Of a stretch of 64,000 nucleotides of DNA, positions 55,901 to 64,000 are shown piece by piece. Numbering within the stretch: position 1 is the stretch's first letter; every line of letters starts with the position of its first letter. The notes under the pieces are model-generated. The model did not search any database. It was not told the origin of the DNA and saw only the letters and a program-made list of their open reading frames with translations. Source of the DNA: the human T2T-CHM13v2.0 reference genome, Homo sapiens; NCBI GenBank assembly GCA_009914755.4, contig CP068257.2:42496001-42560000 (forward strand), given 5' to 3'. A program made the translations under genes and the position numbers.

Positions 55901-57677
55901 CACTAGTGGCACTCTGGGCTGGTCTCCCAGGGCCCCATCTGCCAGGTCGGGGGCCCACGTGGGCCTGCAGGATGTGCGTGCTTCTCTGCTGTTGAGATTG
56001 CATCAGCACAACACCCACAGCCGTGACACGGGGGCAGGCACCTCAGTGACGCCAGAGTCGGGACGGGAGGTGTGGAGATCTGGGCTTGCTTCCTCTTTTC
56101 AGTCCCAGGACAGCTCCTCTTTGGCTGTGGGAGGCCCAGCTTCAGCCTTGTCTGTGGCTTCCTGGTGGGAGGACACAGGCCTTGAGGGACGTTTGTCCGA
56201 GACGGTCCTCATCCTACTGGTAGGGACACAGAGCAGCTGTTCCTCTGGCCCCTCCAGGAGCAAGACACATGCACTGCTGAGGCCTTGGAAGCCTACACAG
56301 GTTTATCACCCACGGCCAGACCTGTCTGTCAGGGAGCAGGTGGGGTCATCCTGCCCTGAAGCACCGATGAGCTGATCCCGGTCATGCAGAGTGGGTGGGG
56401 ACCTCTTGGCCGGGCCTGTTCATGTAGCACACACGGCTTTGCTGCCCATAGAATCCAGGGCCCCCAGTGTGAGCACCACTCTCCATCCCTGAGGCCGAGC
56501 CTTACCCTGGAGGCAGCCTCAGGTGAGATGCCCCTAATGGAGCCACCTGGCAATGGACCGCTCTCAGGTCCTTCAGCTCGGTGCACTCACCCGGGAGCCC
56601 TGCGTTCTGTCCTGGGGTAGAGGCTCAGGGTTGGTTTGAAGCCATATAGTCAGCTCCCAGAGTCACAGAAACGTCCAAGGAAGAAAACTGTCCGATTACA
56701 GACTTTTAAAATTCATTCATAGTTTAATCAAGAGAACTTGCTGTTCCTTCCTCAAATTTCCTAGAATTGGTCTTCTCATAATCACCACCTAGGGCACAGC
56801 TGTGGCCAAGGCTCCCATGATGAAGCGTCTGTGTCAGCGCTGACGAGGTCTGCCGAGGACGCGTTTCTCTCTGCAGCCCGGCACCAGTCTCAAGGCCATC
56901 GGCTCCGACAGCGTCACCTCCTGGGACCTTCCCTTCATGTATGGTCCCAGCGGCATGCGGGCCTGGTGGAGGAGGTCCTGACCTGCCGCCCAGGGATGGC
57001 CGGTCCAGGCGCAGGGCTGATTGTCCACTTCTGGCCCCTGAGGTACCGGGAGGGCTGGTGAGCAGCGTGTCTCGCTCTGAGACCGGCCAGGCTGCTGGGG
57101 CAGGCATCTGATGTACAGTAGTTCCCACACGTGGCAATGTCACCAGCAAGAGCCACGTATGATAAATTCAGGCCGTCCACCGTGGCAACACTGGGAAGGC
57201 TGATTCTGTAGGAAAGGATTGGCCTTGGGCCATCACTGTTCAAAGAAGAAGAAATCCCTGGATCACTGTCTGATCCAACTCCAGACAGACACTCCACACA
57301 GGATTCCTCCTGGGGATCACGGCTCTTCTCTTGGCGGAGAAGAAGGAGGGAGAATGAGCCCATGTCGGGGGCCTCTAGGCAGCCCGCCACGGCCCTACAA
57401 CTCAAAGAAAACTCACCAGTCCCTGGTCACTCGGATGTCCTTGGAGGCGCTTGGATTTACTGCAGGGACCCCAAGAGTCGGCCACGGCAGAGCCCCGTCT
57501 GCCAGCCCACCGAGGACTCGGGGAGGGGAGGGAGCACTGCAGCAGAACGGAAAATGGGTCCACGCTCAGCTTCTTGGTTTATCATTTTAGACTTTATGCG
57601 TTGGCTTCCTGCGACACATGGTTACATTTTAACCCTTTTACAACCACATTTCCTCCCCCAATCCTCTCAATGTCATG

Positions 57678-58291
<614 letters not shown>

Positions 58292-58734
58292 TCCTTGTCA
58301 TGGCTTTTACTCCACAGTGTGTATGCCGTTGAAATTGAATAAATATGGATTACAACAGAGACCACTGTTGTGCTATGATTACATTTGTCAACTTAGATAA
58401 CAGAGAGGCTCTGTGAAAGAAAACGACATTTATTCAAAAATAGGGCGTTGCAGTCGGAACACACGTGCGGTGGTAGACTATGTGTGTGTTCAGGGAGGTA
58501 AAGGGAGAAAAAGGCTTTTAAAGGGAAAACGAGGATCACACCGTTGTTTTGAGGCGATTCCCCTTGTCTACAAGCATCAGCGGCGGGGGGTGCCAGTCCA
58601 GGGTTGGACCGCAGTTGCTGGGCAGATGTCCTCACAGTATTTTCTGTCCATGGTTGCAGTGGACTTCATACAGCGTTGTGGTTTCTCAGTCTTTTGTGAT
58701 AGTAATACAAGAGTTATTAAGAAATAATTTTTAT

Positions 58735-58940
58735 GCCGGGTGCGGTGGCGCACGCCTGTAATCCCAGCACTTTGGGAGGCCAAGGCAGGCAGATCACCTG
58801 AGATCAGGAGTTCGAGACCAGCCTGGCCAACATGGTGAAACCCCATCTCTACTAAAAATACAAAAATTAGCCAGGCGTGGTGGCGGGTGCCTGTAATCCC
58901 AGCTACTCGGGAGGCTGAGGCAGAAGAACCACTTGAACTA
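58735..58940 (+). mobile_element. Alu SINE, sense, truncated at the 3' end.
   Basis: gccgggtgcggtggcgcacgcctgtaatcccagcactttgggaggccaaggcaggcagatcacctgagatcaggagttcgagaccagcctggccaacatggtgaaaccccatctctactaaaaatacaaaaattagccaggcgtggtggcgggtgcctgtaatcccagctactcgggaggctgaggcagaagaaccacttgaac. Confidence 0.9.
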
Positions 58941-59370
58941 AATGACCATGATCCTGTGGCACGAGCAGGTAGACGGTAAGAGGGAGGGCGTCTCTGATAC
59001 AGAATCTCGTCCCGATGAACTGGAAGCCCTGGCTACAGTGTGAAAACGCCAGCTTCTCTGCCTGGTTTGCAGGTGAAATGTCTGTGGTTATGGCATTGGA
59101 TGGTTTGGTGAACTCCTGTGGGGCCCATATGTCAGATATGAGACTTGTTCCTTAAAATTCATCTAGTTTCAGTTTATAGGGATTTAGGAACAGAGCAGTT
59201 TTTATTTTTAGTAATTCCATGGAAGAAATTTTGACTGAAGGAATCTAGAAGAATTTAGGATCTAGTCTAGTCTGTAGGTAGATATAAGAGCTCAAATACA
59301 ATGCCCAGAGCTACAATCTCCTAACAGATGTATTATAGCTTTTCTTTTCCTTTTTCAAAAAGTATAGAGA

Positions 59371-59484
59371 TAAGGGTCTCTCTATTTTGCCCAGGCTGGT
59401 CTCGAACTCCTGGGCTCAAGTGATCCTCCTACCTCAGCCTCCCAAAGTGTTGGGATTACAGGCGTGAGGCACTGCACCCAGGCC
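59371..59484 (-). mobile_element. Partial Alu (right monomer), antisense.
   Basis: gataagggtctctctattttgcccaggctggtctcgaactcctgggctcaagtgatcctcctacctcagcctcccaaagtgttgggattacaggcgtgaggcactgcacccaggcc. Confidence 0.8.
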
Positions 59485-59611
59485 TACAGCTTTTCTTTAG
59501 AAACATAAGCTTTTCTCCCTATGTTGATCAGATGGGAATCTCAGATTTAATGGCCTCTTGAGGCTAAGAAGCCAAACCAAGGCAGGCTTTAGATTTGACC
59601 GATAGCCCTGA

Positions 59612-60034
<423 letters not shown>

Positions 60035-61649
60035 TGACTGGTGTTTTCAGTTGTAGCCTGTCATGAAAAGAGATTGACACATTACATTTTTGATACTACC
60101 TTACGTTTTTCCTGGCCTTTTGTTTATTTTTTATTTATTTATTTTTTAGAGACAGTGTCTCACTGTGGACGTCCAGCCTCTGGAACTGTGAGAGGTACAT
60201 GTCTGTTATGTAGGCTGCCCAGGCTGTGGAACTGTGTCATAGTGGCCTGAGTGACTTAAGCACCTGCCTGTAGGCCAGGACTGTGGCTCCACAGCCCAGC
60301 TTCAAGCCTGGCCGACCAGGGGTTTGGCATGAAGACCCCGGCAGGGCTGGGGCTGTGCTGGAATCCACCCGGAAGTTTCCTGCCCCTTGGGCTGCCCACC
60401 AGGTCCCCTTTCTGCTCTGATCAAGCTGGACAAAACGTCGTGGGGCCACAGCACAGGGGGCCAACGCAAGCTGGGATCGTCAGACGTTAGGAAATCCCAA
60501 GGAAGAAGAGAAAGGGGACACATTCGGGAGACGTCGGCACACGCTCGAAGCAGCGGACAGGCACCTCTCTGTGGACAAGGCAGACTGGGCGGCCGAGATT
60601 CCGCATAGATGCCTGCTTCCTCCACGACCTCCACGTGTGGCTGGCCCAGTCCGGGTCCCCCTCACCTCCTCTGTCTGTCTTGGTGGCCTCACGCCGTGGG
60701 CTGTGATGCCGGCTACGCTGCTTGGGTGGCCAAGGGTCTGAGCTGCAAGACGCCCAGCCTGGGTCTCTCCCGAGCTCTCCCACGTCCTGTCTGCTCCTCC
60801 TCCGAGCTCCCGGTTGACTCTCACGACTGCACCAGCCTCTCCCCCAGGAAGGCGTGGAAACAACCTCCTTCTCCCAGGCCCGCTCTGCCTCCTGCGTTTC
60901 AAGGCAAATCCGTTCCTCCAGGAGATGATGCAACCACATCCTGTTGGAGCCCAGAGAAGTGCGGATGCAGCCCGGGGCTCTTTCTTTCCTAGAACCCTGC
61001 CTGGGAGTGGCTTCCCTGAACTAAGGACAGAGACTTTGTCTTCGTTGCCTCTCGGCCTGTGGGCACTGAGCATACAGTAGGTGCTCAGTAAATGCTTGCA
61101 GGCCGATGCCCAGAGCCATTAGCCCTCATCATGGTGAGCTCGGCAGCCGGTGTTGGGGCTGGGCTGGGCCTAGGTGTGCGTGGGGGCGGTGCTGGTCTGC
61201 TTTGCTGGGAGCCATGGACACCGGAGGAACAGGGCCCCATCAGTGCGGTCAGAGTGCAAACTCGGAGCGTCCTTCTCTGGAAAACGAATCGCAGTGGCCC
61301 CGATCTTTGGGGCTTTCTGTGTCCCCTGTGCATGGTTAGAGAAGAGAAAACATGCACTGGTTTCCTGAAAATCCCTAGGATTTCTTCAGAGGTCTCAGCT
61401 TCTGCCCACAGCCTCTGGGGAGCAGACCAGGAGCCCCGCAGCACGGGAGTCCCCAGACCCACCCTGACCACAGCCCAGGAATCCCGAAGCAGAGGCTCTG
61501 GGTCAGCTTCTGCAGACGCTGGAGAAGGCGGGAGGCTCAGGGCTGGGCCTCCAGGTGTAACCGCCTGATGGGCTCTTCCTGCCCCTGCACAGACAAAACC
61601 TCTTCACTGGGCCCAAGGCATTGCTATAAAGAGTTTAATAGACACCAGG

Positions 61650-61735
61650 CTGGCCATGCCACGTGGGAGATGGAGTTATTACTCAAATCAATCTCCCCCA
61701 AGAGACGGAGTTATTACTCAAATCAATCATCTCCC
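61650..61735. repeat. Short tandem duplication, ~40 bp, 2 copies.
   Basis: gagatggagttattactcaaatcaatc..tcccccaa occurs twice. Confidence 0.7.
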
Positions 61736-63213
61736 CCAAAATTCTCAGGCTCGGGTTTTTCAAGGATAGTTTGGCAGGCCAGGGAGTCTGCTTCTGGGTG
61801 GGGCCACAGGACCCGTTTGTGGCGGGCAGGGGGGTTGGTGTGTCCAAATCCAGGTGGAGCCATCATTGTCAGAAATGCAAAAACCTGAAAAGACACCTCA
61901 AAAGGCCGATCTTAGCGTCTACAATAGTGATTCATCCTCAGGAGTAATTGGGGAAGTTGCAAATTGTGTGACCTCCGGAATAATGGCTGTTACAATTTTT
62001 GCAAAGGCAGTTTCACAGGGATGAGGCCAGGACAGAGGGCACAGCCCGCTGGGACTCCAGGGCTGCCCCTGCACCCCCCATATCAGCTCAGAGAGGCCTG
62101 GTGTCCCCGCTGCCAGGGGTTGACACCCACTGGTACCCCCTGTGGAGCAGCTGTGGGCGGGGGCTCTGCAGGGAGGGTGTCGGGGGGGCCAGGTGAGCCA
62201 GCCCAGAGCCATGCCCGCACCTGCTGTGGGCCCTGGCCAGGGCAACCGCTGCCTCTTCCTTTGATGTCCCTACCCTATGCCCCTCTCTTCAGGCCTGTTC
62301 TGCCTGACCCCGCTACCTCCATCCGGCTGCCTTCCATGAGCAGCAGCTGCCTTCCCCCCACACCCTTCCTTGGTGGCCCCGCCCCTCTGATCTCCGTGAG
62401 CCAGGATCTCCCCCAGGATCCCTATTTCCCACGGGCTTTTGGCAATGGGCTGCTCACCCCCTCCTTCCCCTCCTCCTCATTCATCTGCCATCTGTGAAAT
62501 GTGGAGGAGGGGCCTGCCCTGTGCCAGGATCTGTGCCCTAGACACTTCCCCAGCCAGGCCCAAGGGCTGAGCGTGAGGCTGGCAGGTCTGCACTTGAGGT
62601 GGATGGTGAGGGTGCCCTCGCCCACCTGCAGCCATTGTCTGCTGAGTACCTGTGGTGCAGATGGGGATGGCTGCAGGGGGGTCTCAGCTCACGCAGTATT
62701 GCGGCCATGGGTGCTGGACATTGGTAGGTCTCTCTGAGCAGAGCCCGATGGAAGTGAGAAGGGCGTGCGTTAGGGGAGCATTTGGAGAGGGAGCCACGGG
62801 TACAGCTGCCCTGCAAGCTCCAGCGCCCATGGGAAAAAGGGACCGAGGGGGAGAGGGGAGGGGATAGGGGGAGGGGAAGGGGATGGGGCGTCGGTGGTTG
62901 CTTGGGCTCTTAGGGTGGGGGTGATGCCTGCAGTCTTGGTGTTGAAGGGAAGACCAGGGAAGAGGGAAGGCAGGAGGCCTGGGAGAGAAAGGGAAGAGCT
63001 GTTGGGTGCTGGCGGAGTGGAGCGGGCTCTTGCATCACTCCATCCCAGGCTCCACCCTGCCTGCACCTGGAGGCCTCCCTCACCTGGCTCCTCTGTGCTC
63101 CAGACCCCTCCCCTTTCCAGGTCCAGGATTCCCCCTGCCCAAACAGCACTGACCAGGCCCCCAGGGCCTGTGCCTGCAGCCCCCAGGGACGGGTGGGCGT
63201 AAAAAGATACAGC

Positions 63214-63513
63214 GGGCCAGGCGGCTCACGCCTGTAATCCCAGCACTTTGGGAGGCCAAGGCGGGTGGATCATGAGGTCAGGAGTTCAAGACCAGCCTGG
63301 CCAAGATGGTGAAACCCTGTCTCTACTAAAAATACAAAAAAATTAGCTGGCGTGGTGGCCTGTGCCTGTAATCCCAGCTACTCCGGAGGCTGAGGCAGAG
63401 AATTGCTTAAACCTGCAGGGGTGGAGGTTGCAGGGAGCCGAGACCGCACCACTGCACTCCAGCCTGGGCGACAGACCAAGACTCCGTCTCAAAAAAAAAA
63501 AAAACAAAAAAAC
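63214..63513 (+). mobile_element. Alu SINE, sense, with a long A tail.
   Basis: ggccaggcggctcacgcctgtaatcccagcactttgggaggccaaggcgggtggatcatgaggtcaggagttcaagaccagcctggccaagatggtgaaaccctgtctc..cagcctgggcgacagaccaagactccgtctcaaaaaaaaaaaaaacaaaaaaa. Confidence 0.95.
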
Positions 63514-63815
63514 ACAGCGGCCATTCTGGGAGCCTTGGAATGACCCTGAGAAGTGAGTGTGAGCATGTCTGGAACACGCAGCCGAGCCTGAAGGAGGACT
63601 GGGTGCCTGCAGTGGGAGCCATCTCCCTTCTGGGTTTTCTGATTTTAGCCTCGCGCTGCCTTTGAGCGATTTTCCAATCTGTACATTACAGATAACAGAG
63701 AGCAATGCAGATAACTCTTGCTTATAGCCACGTGTAGTGGGTTGACAGTGGCCCCCAAAAGCTATGTGTAAGTCCCGACCCTCATGCCTATGGGGTTGAG
63801 CTTATTTGGAAATAG

Positions 63816-64000
<185 letters not shown>

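Noticed and set aside
60130-60175. A short Alu-like fragment (ttttagagacagtgtctcactgtgg).
   Set aside because: At ~40 bp it is too short and too diverged to call as an element.

Overview
This window is human genomic DNA. It is GC-rich, full of primate Alu SINEs, and has the structure of subtelomeric sequence. The only gene content I can support is the 3' end of the ES1-homolog gene GATD3A (C21orf33) on the + strand. It could equally be the near-identical 21p paralog GATD3B. The penultimate coding exon is at 2820-2976 and the terminal coding exon at 4436-4564, with stop TGA at 4562-4564. A 3' UTR runs to a likely AATAAA at 5068-5073. The two exons appear to be joined by a U12-type AT-AC intron, not a GT-AG intron. 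The donor reads ATATCCTTC, the acceptor ends in AC, and there is a branch-site-like TTCCGTAAC 10 nt upstream of the acceptor. The remaining ~59 kb has no exon I can support. It consists of about 28 Alu elements, several antisense L1 fragments plus one sense L1 3' end, one LTR-like element, and an unusually dense series of minisatellites. There are at least 14 tandem arrays with 21-60 bp units. The largest is a 1.7 kb array of 42/51 bp units at 42700-44385. There is also a (GT)~25 microsatellite. A ~660 bp inverted duplication of ~90% identity flanks a 3.2 kb spacer at 10275-14760. Almost all long six-frame ORFs are artefacts of tandem repeats, Alu sequence and GC-rich stop-poor DNA. I see no prokaryotic-style system, no CRISPR array, and no convincing novel protein-coding locus. 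Gene identification rests on my recollection of the human ES1 protein sequence and cannot be checked against a database here.
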